A program made the translations under genes and the position numbers. A stretch of DNA of 64,000 nt, taken from assembly GCA_964035545.1 (NCBI GenBank), contig OZ037769.1, forward strand, positions 5,623,929 through 5,687,928. Direction: 5' to 3'. Within the stretch, counting starts at the first letter, position 1. Every line of letters starts with the position of its first letter. The notes below the pieces were generated by a model. That model saw only the letters and a program-made list of their open reading frames with translations. It was not told the DNA's origin and searched no databases. Below are positions 26,531 through 46,418 of the stretch, in pieces. The DNA comes from Bugula neritina (taxonomy: Eukaryota; Animalia; Bryozoa).

Positions 26531-27929
26531 ACAAATATCGCTTTTTCTATATTTGTCTGCTTTTCCTGGCTCAAGTTGTATCAAATAAAAGGCATATATA
26601 TATATATAAGTGAGGGCATCAATGACACAGCTATTAATAAGTGAATGCTTAGTCGGCCATGTTTCCTGACTTGGAGAAGCCTTAGCGGAATAGCTTATGA
26701 TTATAGATGGAAAAGCTTATGATTATAGATGGAATCAATGCATGTGTAAGAAATATTACGAGACTATTCAAGACACACTGCGTCATAACACTGTCATGTG
26801 GTTATGATTTCAATTATGTAGTAATATGTAGGTTGATCAACTTACAAAGGGAGTGATATAATATCAGCTAATATTTAATAGGCAGTGTACTATGACATAC
26901 AGTCGTATGTCCAATCATTTGATATCAATAATGCAGTTACAGTACCGTGTCAAATAGTTTATATTCTCAGTGAAAGCTGTTTTCTTTTCATTAGCCTTTT
27001 ATGCATTTGATTCACTATCACTTTAATCAATATTTCAAACACCCCTAGTTCATATGCAGCAAGGCAGCATGTAGAATGGTGGCTTGGGCATTTAAATTAT
27101 CACATAAGTTTTAAAGAAATTTACTCATTAAGGTGTAATATACTAAAAAGGGTACATGGCTATATGGTTTTAAAATAACTTGAAATTTACTATTACATCT
27201 TATGCCTCTAACAATTATTAAATCTGAAATTACTTCATAAGTTATGAATGAACAGGCTCGAGGACATGAATTTGGGGTGTTTAGAAGTTGTTTAGCTGCG
27301 TCTTCCTTATTTGGCAATAACTAGAAAGGTATCAGCATTTTTCATCTTTCTAAAAACCAATCAGAAAAAATAAAGTAATAATTTTTTTTAGTAAAAACTA
27401 TAATATGATGTGATTTGCAGGCCACAGAATAGAACAGATTTTCCTTTATTTTAGAAACTTCTAAGTGGAGATGGCAAATCAGAAAAGAAATGAGAAAGTC
27501 AGCATTGCTATTAGTCAGCATACATTCTGCAGCTGTGTATGATTGTTACAGTTATTGTAGGCGTAAGTAGCGTGCACTACTCGTAAACACTGCAATTTTT
27601 CAATTAACACAATCTGTAGAAAGCATACATATAGTTCAATGATGACATGCTTATTTTGAATAGTTTTTCGTCAGATGAATGCCTATGACCCACTATTTTT
27701 CTATAAATATCTCCTTGCACACCTTTTCATCTCTTGTTTATTTGTATCATGCCCACGCACCTATAATCATAGCTTTGCATTTGCTGCATTACAAAAATTG
27801 AGCAAAAGTCAGATGCAATGACTTCATCAGTAGTGTTTTCTGTTTGAAATGCTGCCAATTTTTATTTAATAATGGATACCTCACCAGTGCTGCTACACAG
27901 TTCTTGGCACAGTATGCAGTATAACCAAG

Positions 27930-28115
27930 CAACTGGTATACTAGCTGGTAACTAATATACTGATATACTGGTTACTGATCACTGGTTACTGATATATTAA
28001 TATACTGGTCACTGGTATACTGGTAACTGGTAACTGGATATATAGTGGTAACTGGTAACTGGATATATATAGTGGTAACTGGTAACCGATGAGCTGACAA
28101 CCAGTAACTGGTATG
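27930..28115. repeat. Degenerate (ACTGGTA)n heptamer repeat
   Basis: Directly visible. Confidence 0.85.
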
Positions 28116-30224
28116 TTACAGTTATATACCAGGTCTTGTAGGAGTGAGTGAGCAAACATTACTTAGTCAGGAGTTTCTCAAATGCCCATACACCTTGTGG
28201 TGTGAGCCAGACTCTAGCCAACAATGCAAAAGCATGGGCAGAGTTTGAACTGGGGCGATGCCATGTTGTGTTTTTGAAGTAAGTTTCTTCATTGAGTGAA
28301 ATTTCTGGATTACAGCCAAGACCACCAACAGCCAAAGTGTTAAATACTAAAATGGAACGGATGGTTGTAGTGAGAAAGTCTTTTATAAACAAAAGTCACA
28401 CTTAATATGTTCATTAGCATGTTTTGAAACAAAACTGTATCATGCGATAGAAATGTTTATTTAAACATATTTCTAAACGCCTATTGTTATGTATATCCGT
28501 ACTCATAACCCGAGTTTCTAACTTACGCTGTATGCCACTAAGGGAGCTTTCTAGTTGTGCACTCACTTCCCACAAAGGAAAAGAAATGATGAATAATATG
28601 AAGTTCGTGAGAACCTGCATGCTTTACTGGAATACATTGTTTGTTTCTTCCATCTCATTATATCAACTTAAAAGCAGCTCAGCGACATGTTTGTAGTGTT
28701 TAGCGTAACATTGCACATTGGTGTGTTCAGCAATTATCCCATGAAACATATTTCATTGTAAGACATTCTTGTAATTGTTTCTAATTTCCATTGACTTACC
28801 AGATAAGAAGGTACAAAACCGAGCAGTAGATTACTGTTCAATGTGATCATATATTGTGGTAGTTTAATATATGCATAACTAACTCATGCTTTCATATCAA
28901 CAAACTATATAGATAAATATAGAAACTAATTTCTCACATTTGCTTACATTCCCGTAGTTAGCTAGACACGGGCATTGATCTATAAATCTTTAAGCCTGTA
29001 ATATTTAAAATATTTCATTTTCTATTCATTCATACATGGCAATGGTATTCCATGTATGCATTGTGTTAATGTGACATTTTATCAACACATTAGTTGAATA
29101 CATATGCATAATGGAGTCAAAGGAAGAGTTCATCCTTTTAAATTACAGCTTTGAGTGTTGATATGTTAAGTTATAGCCTTAAGGATTTAGTATTATGATA
29201 TAAATACTCCTGTTTTCGTTACATATTATGCAATAAGTTACAAAATAGAAAATGTTAAGCATATTTATAAAATAGTTGCTTGGAGCATGAAGCTGGTTTT
29301 CCAAATCTTGTTTGGGTGTTTAGTGAAGGTTTACATCAAATGTGCAGTTCAGCGCTAACTTAAAGTAAACTAATTTTTATGCTTTTAGCTACAACATAAA
29401 GCTTTTAATACTCCACTGATAATCAATATAAGCACAAAACCAATGAAGACATCGTTGCAGTAGTATGATGGATGTTTTGGTAGTTTATATTGGACATCCC
29501 AGACAAATTCTTGCAGAAGAATAGAGAAACAGGCTGATTAGAGTAGTGTTTATTACCAACTATATTCAATTTCATATTCATAACAAACTAAAAAAATCTT
29601 AACATATTATGTAATTGAAACTCATATATTCTAAAGAGCATAGCATAATCAATACAATTTTTTATTCCTGAAGGCATGCATATCAGTAAAAGCAGCAGTC
29701 CAACATTCAAGTACGATATACTTGAAATAACACTGAATTTATCTTTCTTAAGGAAAGGGTTTGCTCACACAAAAAATGATAAGATAAAAATATCAACTGT
29801 AAGCTAGCATTTATATTTGTCATGTAGTTACGTATGTTAGCTCTTGTCAACAAAACTTCACCACTGCATGAGTCTGATAAGATATGCTATATACTACATC
29901 AGCTCAAAGAAAATGAAGCAAGCTGAACAGCTGAAACTAAACAGTATAAGCGAATAATGTCCAATAAGTAAAAAGTAAAATAATCATAATACTTAAAAAT
30001 TACTTCGTTAATAACAACACTTGAAGCTATCTACATGTAATTTGCAAAAAGGGTAAATAAGTTAGAAGGAGTATACAATTGCATGAGCAGCATAACATAT
30101 AGCACCAGAACCTAGTGTAATTTCCAAAGACATTGTGGGCTGGTGCCGATCCAGCAGTATAAGGTTCGACTAGATAATAACATCAATGATCAGTAGGTAA
30201 TTCAGATATTAAATAAGTTTTCCG

Positions 30225-31665
30225 TTATGCTATTTTCATTCTTCTCAGTCCAGAAGTTGAATGACTTTCAACTCCCGACGAGGACGAGGAATTTGACTGA
30301 TGACCAAAGCTGAATTCAGGGGACCACATAGCCATCTCCTGTGGCACTGAGTTATTGTTCAATCCCTTATACAGTCCAAATACACTTGGCTCATCTCCAA
30401 TACTGGAGTGGGTGCTGCCGGTGTCAGCATCCTGATCGGCAGCAGTTGATTCCGGTTCAGCGGATTTTACTGCCTATAAAAACGAAATCACATACTGCAT
30501 AATTTATTCTGATAATAGTCTTACATTGCTTTTATAGGACACTATTTCAATATTGACAAAATATCAAAAAACACCAAAGAGAAGCTAATACACTTGGATT
30601 ATACTCTTTAAACTAGTGTTCCTGGTATTTGCATAAATTTTGTCAGGTCTATAACCTGCTTACAGGATAAATAGATTGGCAATGATATAAACAATACTAA
30701 ACATATTATTATTGTAGATGAAGTCATACATATGACCCAAGTTTTGAAGACAGTTTTCTGTCATTTTATCATACCTTAGTGTTGTTGTTAGCTGAATCTG
30801 CCCGGCTTAGGGTAGGACTTTTGAAAATGCTCTCTGCTCCAACAATAGATCTCTGCTTGACTTTCGCTCGAATAGACAAGTGGCCGTGCTTTCGCAGAAT
30901 CGTGTCGTAATCTTTGGGAGGAAGTAGAATTGGTGCTTCTTTCTGCTCCTGGAGCGTTAATTTGTGGCTTAGCTCATCTTGGATTGTTGTGAACAATCGT
31001 TGCTGGTTGGGCTGTTTGTCTTTTTGTGAAGGAGTTCTTTTGATAATAACAATGTCCTTTCTCTGTTTAAGTGCTTCGTCTGCGGTAGGAAAGCTTCGGG
31101 CCAAGCCACTGTCCGAGCTGTTTGGAGAATGTGAGCCATAAGACCCGGCATCTGACCCCATTGTGTCATGGTTTACAGATAGAGGCTCCCTTTTCACTAT
31201 CTGCCCCAGTTTCACTAAGTCTTGCTCTATTGCCACAATTCTATCCTTGTAGTCAGGGTGGGAAATGATGGAACTGACCAGGTTGGTGAACACTCGAGCT
31301 GTTTCTTCAGAATCAAATCTGTAAGCATGGACATGAGCAGCACACTGTGTCTGCATGTTGTACCCAAGAAATATGCAGCCTACGATGTCCGAGTATGGGC
31401 GTGAACATTGAGATACAAATGTTACGTCCTCCATCAACTGAGCAGGATATCGAACTTTTTGACTTTTACCGTGTGAGTCAACCTTGACCTGTGAAATTTG
31501 CATCTCATATTTACCAACTTTGATTGTCATACGGTGCAAGCGTCTAGCAGATTCTCGTTTACTAATCAACTTTCTAAGAATAGGGTCGATAAATTCGTTC
31601 CCTTGAATTCCCCGAGTTTCTTTCCATCCCAAGTACTCCACGTAGAATCTTCCTTCTTTAGGCAT
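30225..31665 (-). CDS. PTB/PID-domain adaptor protein (gene PTB-B), 2 coding exons, 379 aa
   Basis: Exon 31665-30775 (297 codons, donor AAG|GTATGA) joins in phase 0 to exon 30473-30225 (acceptor TATAG|GCA; AVKSAEPES...RRMKIA*). PTB hallmarks: FYVEYLGW...MTIKV...DVTFVSQ...DIVGCIFLG...HVHAYRFDSEETARVFTNLV. Later motif ELSHKL...PILLPPKDYDT. Acceptor TTAGCAG at ~31708 lies just upstream of the ATG. Confidence 0.85.
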
Positions 31666-33427
31666 AGCTAATTAGGTCAGAGTTGCTTATCGGTAGTCTG
31701 CAAACACCTGCTAAATTGAGAGTGGCTTTATTGAAAATGAAAGTACGAAATATGAGCATATATAATTTATAAAGCTAGCAATGCACACTTGAATGACTGC
31801 ATTCCATAGAAAACAAAAAGTTGCACACGTTGTTTCACAAGATCAAGTAACAAAAGAGTAAATAAGAATACACAGTCTACAATGAACATTGGCTTGGCTG
31901 AGGCAACGTTTTCTTCCGAAACAAATCAGTGTTCTCAACCGTGTAATTGGAGTGATCAGATATAAAAGACTGTAACAATGCATACCAACTAATTGGTCTA
32001 TCAATACTTCAGGTTTTACGAAATGGTGACAATTGCCTAATCGGTTAAATCAGCTGGCGACAAACTCAGGCGCATATCAAATCGATTTGGTTTGCATATA
32101 TTATACTGCTGTGCACATTGATTACTCAACGTTAAAACCTGTCAAGTAGTTTAGCCAAAATCTACTTGTATAAATATTATTTTTACTAAAAAAAGTTATT
32201 CCCATGCAGGGGGTGCTTATTAAGTGAACAGCTGCAAAATTCATATTCATTAAGCAACTTCAACTGATTGCCGGAAAAGCCGGCAAAGCCATCGAATTGA
32301 ATTTTCAATTAATATATAGTTTAGTAAAAAACTTATTCTTATGCATAAACTTGGGATATGATGAAATAGCAGCTAGAAGTTATTGCAGAACAAGTTGAAT
32401 AGCAATAAAATAAGTTTGGTTGTTTCTTTAGTATGTTTTTCTCTCTTATTGCATAAAATACAAACGACAAAAACTTTGAAATTTAGCAAAAAACATTTCA
32501 CATAAACATTTTGCTTAGAATAATGTAATTTTAATTTTGTCAATACCAAGACTTACCTAACACAATGGTAGATTCAAATAAGTTATTGCGATTTGAGCAA
32601 GAATAAAAATGCAGCGTCAACAACCGTCTTCCAGCTAGTCATATCTTAAAATGAAGATAAGCCGTTACTAGGGCTGGTCAAACCTCTTAAGGGTAGAAGT
32701 GTTGTTTAACATATTATCAGCTGAAAGTAGATAATTAAACTGCTGTGAGGCTACGGCCAGGCTAATGCAAGGTAATACACATCCAACTCCTGCTTGATCA
32801 AAATGCTATCGCTGTTGAGCATGGAAGAAAACACGTTTTGTCAACTTGCCCACATTTGTTTGTATACGGCAGTTTGTTGTTTTTGTTTTTCATGAAAATG
32901 AAGCTATGCAGCTATACATTAGGATGATAAAAGGCTTAGCAAAAGACATCTTAACATTTTTCTTATGGCAATAAGTACAAATATTTCATCTTACATTACT
33001 AGTGTGTTTTTAAGCATTATATGCTACTTAAAACTTTATTTACTTTGATGTGTCCTCAAGAGATTTGACGACTGAATGTGCAGCTGCCATAGATGTGTTG
33101 TCTTGTAATGTATATTGTTTGTCACACAGCATATGTGCAACGCCCTGTGACATCTAATTAAAATCAATTCATTGGCACTGTCAATATTTTAATGACACTG
33201 ATAACTAGTTATTTTTTCATTAATATAGTCTTGGTATCAAGCATGTATTACATTGACTTAGCTTACCAATAGCTACATAATACTATACTGTGTTGAATAC
33301 TCTTGCTGCACTCACTTTATTGTATATGATAGACACAGTATGTTGGTATAGGCGAGGGGCTATTTAAAGCAACCCAAATAAAGGCTTACTATAACACTTA
33401 GCATTCACTGGTTAGAGATTGCTGTAA

Positions 33428-33563
33428 GTGAATATTGCTAGATGCAGCACGTATTAGGGGGAGGAGATTGGGTGCAGAATTTGTATAGCCATCAATATAT
33501 CCAAACTCCGAACTCAAGACCTCCAAACAATGCACTCAGTGACCACTAACTCGGTGCTGCTTC
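33428..33563 (-). mobile_element. Family A element, copy 3 (opposite orientation)
   Basis: Reverse complement matches 11883-11998 including the interior (GGA...TGATG..TATACAAAT..TGCACCCA) and the CTAGCAATATTCA extension. Confidence 0.7.
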
Positions 33564-34158
33564 AAACAAGAACATTCATAATAAAATTTTATTAGACACT
33601 CAAGTAGGTCATTATTTAGCAGACGAATTGAATATCAGTATACAGTAGGAGTGACAGCTTACTGAGCCTCACAATTTCATCATGTCTTGCCATGTGTAAA
33701 CATACAGCACTCGAAAAGAAGAGGTTACATATAAGTTGCAAGTTATTTTAGAACCGGATTTAGGATACTTCAACATGCATAAAACTAAAGAGAATTACGC
33801 AACACCTGTGTCATATTACACAGAGCAACATGCGATCTTGAGTTTCATTGGCTCACTACCCTGTCACCACTCACTACTGAATAATGTATGTTTCACAAAG
33901 CTACCCTAATGAATACAATGTCACACATCATTGTGCGTAAACATGTTGATGTGCTATTTTAGTGCATGAGCAGAAACAATGTGCCAGAGAGTGGGGATAT
34001 TGTGTGCTTAGCACAAATACATGTTATAACTTAGTATAAGTCATCACAATACAATTTGCAGGTCCCAAAATCTGCAGGTGCAATTCGTTCATTATTACGA
34101 TTAAGACTGCTTTGTAATTAAACCAAGTAAAGCAACCGGCCACTGAAGATTCTGACTA

Positions 34159-34162
<4 letters not shown>

Positions 34163-34217
<55 letters not shown>
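34163..34217. repeat. (TA)n microsatellite
   Basis: Directly visible. Confidence 0.98.
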
Positions 34218-34221
<4 letters not shown>

Positions 34222-34228
34222 CGACATG

Positions 34229-34274
34229 TGTACAGCAGCTGTCTTGGGATTTGTCCCCTCATCAGTACAGTACA
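34229..34274 (-). ncRNA. Decayed minimal type I hammerhead-ribozyme-like motif (probably inactive)
   Basis: Minus strand reads TGTACTGTA-CTGATGA-G-GGGA CAAA TCCC-AAGAC-AGCT-G-C-TGTACA. The CUGAUGA box and stem II are intact; GAAAC is mutated to AAGAC; the palindromic stem III ACAGCTG(T) lacks the U of the GUC site. Confidence 0.5.
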
Positions 34275-35799
34275 GAGTACCATGACCCACACCTTCGCAA
34301 TAGTAGAAACTTATGTTTCCCCTAATGCAGATTTAAAAGGTGTGTCAACTTAACTCAGAGAGCTTAAGTAATTCTAGGAGTTACGAGCCTAGCACAACAC
34401 CAGCAGCTTGGGTTTATTACCATATTGATATATATATAATTGCATTGTACTTTACTTAGAAAATGTAACAATAAGGGGGAGTATACTCTCAACAGATAAG
34501 AAAAGCCAGCAAGTAGCATCTGCGTTGATGTAAACAAGATAAGTGCTTTTTTACACAGCTTCAAAGCCAACATAAACGAGAAAATCTTGAAGAGTTTATC
34601 TGATAGAATGATAATTTCTGGGTAAGATATAAAAGAGCATAGCGCAAAGTCATAAAACTATACATATTACATATTCCTATCATAACGGTACTCTGCATTA
34701 TGGCCCCCAAGAGTACTTGTCTTATCAATAGAATGCTGAGTGTACGAAACATGACATTTCATTTTTAACACAGCAACATGACAACTATAAAATTATTACA
34801 TTTTTTCACTCGTGTTGCATATGCAGGCTTTGATAAAAGTAATTTTCTTGTTAATGGCCATTTTTATATTAGTCTTTGCATCTGCATGCAGTTGTTTTAA
34901 ACTTCAGTTTGAAAATTATGAGCATTGCATAAACACACGTGGCCATTATAAATACTCCAACTAACTGTTGGAGAGTAGCTTTAGGCAAGAAAATAATTCC
35001 AAGTCTGAAGAATATTATAAATGAAAACTTACGAGATTAAGGCAATTTGTTGCATCTACCAAGACAACTGTACACGCAGTTAATGATTGATGAAATAATA
35101 TGATGTATATAACTTGCAGTTTCCCCCAAGAGAATCCACAGTCAACGTTAGTTGAGGTTGAAATTAGAATCATGAGGTCACCATTACAAGTAGTCAGCGT
35201 GCAGCTGTCACCAGGACATGAACCAGGTTCAAGGTCAGTTACTCGTTGATGCATTGCATAAGTTACTTGGTGCAGGATACTTAATGTTCTCAAGTGTCTA
35301 GCAATTACCCCCCCCCCTCAACTTCTCTCCACATTGTTTGACCTGATTTAAGAAGATTGATTTCGAAAACATCAAGTATTTACCTATGTTTAGTTTTTTA
35401 TGTTATTTAAGTTGGTAAATCTTACCTATTGCATCTAGAAAGTAAAGCTACTGCTGTTAATCATTTTTATCTACAAGTTATTTGGTTCTGGTTATACTAC
35501 TTGAGATTTGTCTTCTCTTAAAGTATGCACAAACTTGCCAATGTTGCATGCTAGTGTTCAACAGGTTTAGGGCCTTTTATATTGGAAAGTTTTTCCGAAA
35601 ACACGACGTGGTTGTTTTAGGCCATCACCATTATAGAAAATTGAGCATCTAAAACGTGGTACGTTTTGCACAAATGACCAGAAATTTCTCAAAACCTGTA
35701 TACCTTGAACAGATGAGCAAGTGGAAAAATACATAACAATTATACATGATGAACAAGTATTTATGATTTTATGCAATACTTTGTATAATATTTATTGTA

Positions 35800-35912
35800 A
35801 TACTGGTGTTAAATTTGCCCAAACCCAAAGCCCTCACCTCTATATTGACAATGTGCCATTTTACTTACTTTTCAATTTTTGCCATTATTACTTGTGATAT
35901 TTTTACCGTATG
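35800..35912 (+). mobile_element. MITE family B, partial copy
   Basis: ACTGGTGTTAAATTTGCCCAAACCC...TTTTGCCATTATTACTTGTGATATTTTTACC resembles 26417-26530. Confidence 0.55.
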
Positions 35913-36361
35913 TGAACAAGCCCGTTACTTTAAGTGACTCCATGTAAACATAATTTTACAATGACACAAATGACATTTTACCATTTTCTTAATACACCAA
36001 CTTGCCGTCCCAATGTAGATAGGCCTTTATGCAAAAAAGCTGTGTGATGTTGCATGAAATTAGAAAATAAATAACCATATTGTAACTTCTACAATTCTAA
36101 TTTATTATTTATATGCGCTTCAACCAGCTCCACATTAAAAAATCATTCTTTCAAAATAATATGAAAGCAATAAATGCATATTCAAGTTGCATAGGCAATA
36201 ATTTTAATAAAAATAAATTGATTTCAAACATGAAAATAACATTTAAAATATCCCACTGACGAAATATCACATTAATAGACTATAGTGACATCATCAAGCA
36301 AAATATCATATATTAAATCACAACAGTTTACGTGCACTGCTTGCGTTGACCAGCACCATCA

Positions 36362-43201
<6,840 letters not shown>

Positions 43202-43849
43202 GGTTATTTTGCTCTTTAAACTCTACAAGATTGATGAAATACACTAATAAGAAATTATTAACTATTTGTATTTGTGATTGTAATTGTAATATTTGTAATT
43301 GCAATTACTATCCACTTTCCTAACCATTAACATAATTATCGACTGAAATATTTCACTAAGACTAGTGTCTAGCACTATCAATAATACTAATACTATTATG
43401 ATTTAGTGCCATCAGACTCACTAATAAATCAAATGCATGTTAAGTTCATAAAATTTAAAAAAAATAAGACAGCACACTAAAAATTACTAGACTATATCAA
43501 TTATCATAACCATTACCCAACCTTGATATTACAGTTACTAATAGTAATAGTACTTAGCTATTAGCAGTAGCTGTAAGTATGATTCAGATTTAGATTGATC
43601 GTAGCAAGTGTGAAATATTATTACTACTACTACTACTACTACTAGTACTAGTAGTAGACGTAGTTACTATAATTATTTATATTAGTATAACTTACCCTTA
43701 GTCTTATAAAATATAACTAATAAACTATAAGTATAAGTAAATGTAATACTATTACTAATAGTATTACTGTAATAGTATCAACATCACCATCAGTATCACT
43801 AAGACTTAGACTAAGACAGTATCACTATGACTATCAGTATGAGCAAGAG

Positions 43850-44205
43850 TAGGAGTAAATCTTTTTATCAAAGACCCAGAGGCCAGACTGCTCGTGGCCG
43901 TTCAACTTTCTATAATTAACAAAGTAAAAGATTAAGGTACTATGGTTAGCACTCACCAGCTTGACCAAATACCGTTCAACAGCTTTTCCAAATAAAACCT
44001 CTTGCAAGAAGCTCTGCACTGACTGCCAGTGACCGTGGGTCGGTCCTCATATACATTCAGCAAGCGGAAATACTGTCTACAAAACCGTCGTATAGAACGT
44101 CCTCGGTAACCACGCTGTGCTCAGCGTGTTGTATTTACTACCTTTGCAGAAGCGTGTTGATTACCCGCGCAAAGCGGAAGCACTGCATTTCGCAAATGGC
44201 AGCAT
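43850..44205 (-). promoter_or_regulatory. Putative SQOR promoter / first non-coding exon region
   Basis: Locally GC- and CpG-rich island upstream of SQOR with two ETS-like AGCGGAA(A/G) motifs (44063, 44173) and a YY1-like AAATGGCAGC (44194). The acceptor before the ATG exon is at 43223-43225. Inference only. Confidence 0.35.
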
Positions 44206-44827
44206 TCAACAATGTTAAAGCTGCATAACAAAACTCCTACGTTTTTACAACAATTATTTAAGCCATGTTGAGTTTCTAACATGAAATAAGTGAGTTATCC
44301 TGTTATACATAAAGTAAAAGCTAATGAGTGACACAAAACTTATAATATAAGACAGTTTTTGAACTCTTGCTCTTATGCTTAGAAATCATTACACCCTATG
44401 CTGCAACCAAGGCCCACCTAACATCGTGTCGGAAACAATATAAATTTCTGTACTTACGTTGATTTTATGTGGTCGAAGGTGCAATTATGTTATTTTTGCA
44501 GCAAAAACATAACTATAACTGTATTAATTTCTAACAGAACTTAACAGTGCTGTGTTTTTACACCTATTGATTGGCATTATGCGTTTTTAGTAAAAAAAAC
44601 TCCCCTATTGCATCAGACAAAAATTCTGACAGAAAACTTGCTTTGTATTTATCAGATAAAGGTGTTGCAAGTTGCCTTTCGTTTGCTAGTATTCTCTAAT
44701 GCTTATGTAGTGCAACACTCTGTTAAACATGCTTACCTAGTGTATGTGATTTTCTATATATATAGAGCATTTGTGGTCAATTTCCCACACAATTTCATAT
44801 GGCACAAGAAGGGCTTGGACCATCATT

Positions 44828-44828
<1 letters not shown>

Positions 44829-44861
<33 letters not shown>
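44829..44861. repeat. (GT)n microsatellite
   Basis: Directly visible. Confidence 0.97.
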
Positions 44862-44864
<3 letters not shown>

Positions 44865-46142
44865 GTGTATAGAAACAAAATTTCTTTCTCACCTTTCTCG
44901 GCCATTTCCTGATCGGGTGGCGGTGTATAGAGACAAAATGGCCAATTTAACAAATTCGTGAGCTAACTCTGGTACTCTATTATGTCCCGAATTGAGGTTT
45001 CGGGACCCACAGCTTAGTCAGATACAGAATAATCTTGAAGTTATTAATAAATATTACCTACAATTGTTGGGGAGAAAACCCCCAAAATTTGACACTTTGT
45101 ATCACAAAGCTGACAACACATCTAATAGGCGATGAAAATTTATTTTTATAATCAGAAAGGGAGAGATTAAACTTTATTTTGAAAAATAAATTATTAAAAT
45201 GAAAGCTGAAATTTGGAGTTTTTAATAACTATCACAAAAGAATTTATCGTATCTTTTAAATGCCAATAAAAGCATATACATAACTGTAGTACAGAAAGTT
45301 GTACTAGAAGCATTGGCAGATGTGTAATTCTAAAAATTTATATTTAATGTTTATAAATTATTTACTTTATTTTCAGAATTAGGCTGAAAGAACTGCAAGT
45401 CCTTACAAGTGCGATACAAATTCAACAATGCTTCGAATACAACTCCCTATAACATGTCTTATGATTATATAACTAATATCATAGAAATGTTTAATAAAGT
45501 ATATTGTAATAAATACTAGCGAAAAAATGGTAAACATACTATCTAGGCTATTACAGTCAATAACTAGATCAGGTAAATCAAAAGCACTATTAGTGACAAC
45601 AGCAAAATTTGTGTACAGTGTATGTCTTCAGCCACCTAGTAAAAAGTAAAGTGTAGGTATTACACACCTCTGCACACATATGCACCTGCATTTCAAAATG
45701 CCATTCCAATTATAGAATATAACGAAGAAATAAAAATCCCACCACCGGATCCTAATATTTCGGCAGAGATTGAGCACCCAAAATAATTTGACCCAATTAG
45801 CACTAATAGTCTATAATTCTATACAGTAGGTAAAGCGTGGACACCACTTATTACCAGAGTAGATAAATCTTTGTGACTTCTTAAATAATCATCACTGTAA
45901 AGAGAGACATAGAGTAATTTTATAGTTCATCAGCTTCCCATTAGCCAACTATTGCCCATCTAAAACAGGTAGGGGGAAACAACTCATAGGTTACAGTTTT
46001 AGCAAGAAGAACAGGCAATCTTCTATTGAAAGTTATTTCTGCAAACAATCGTAAATTCTTGAAATATGTTGAGTATAAGGATTACTTTGTCCACAGTCAA
46101 GCCCAGTAAATCGCTGCCAGTTAGTCATCAATAGTGAGTCAT

Positions 46143-46418
46143 CAGTGCAGAAAGTTATGCAGATAGCAGTGCAGACAGTAGTGCAAATAGTTGTGCAGAC
46201 AGTAGTGCAGATAGTGGTGCAGACAGTAGTGCAGATAGTTGTGCAGACAGTAGTGCAGACAGTAATGCAGACAATAGTGCAGACAGTGGTGCAGACAGTA
46301 GTGCAGATAGTAGTGCAGACAGTAGTGCATATAGTAGTGCAGACAGTAATGCAGACAGTAGTGCAGACAGTAGTGCAGACAGTAGTGCAGACAGTAATGC
46401 AGACAGTAATGCAGACAG
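46143..46418. repeat. 12-bp minisatellite (GCAGACAGTAGT), ~23 copies
   Basis: Directly visible; produces three spurious repetitive ORFs. Confidence 0.96.

Noticed and set aside
27800-27835. CTGATGA followed by an AGTCA/TGACT stem (minus strand) as a second hammerhead
   Set aside because: No GAAA box or stem III after the hairpin.
28140-28700. Short ORFs of 68-77 aa
   Set aside because: No recognisable motif or consistent splice structure.
44210-45260. TE-like tract between GOLGA4 and SQOR
   Set aside because: Could not find matching termini or a second copy.
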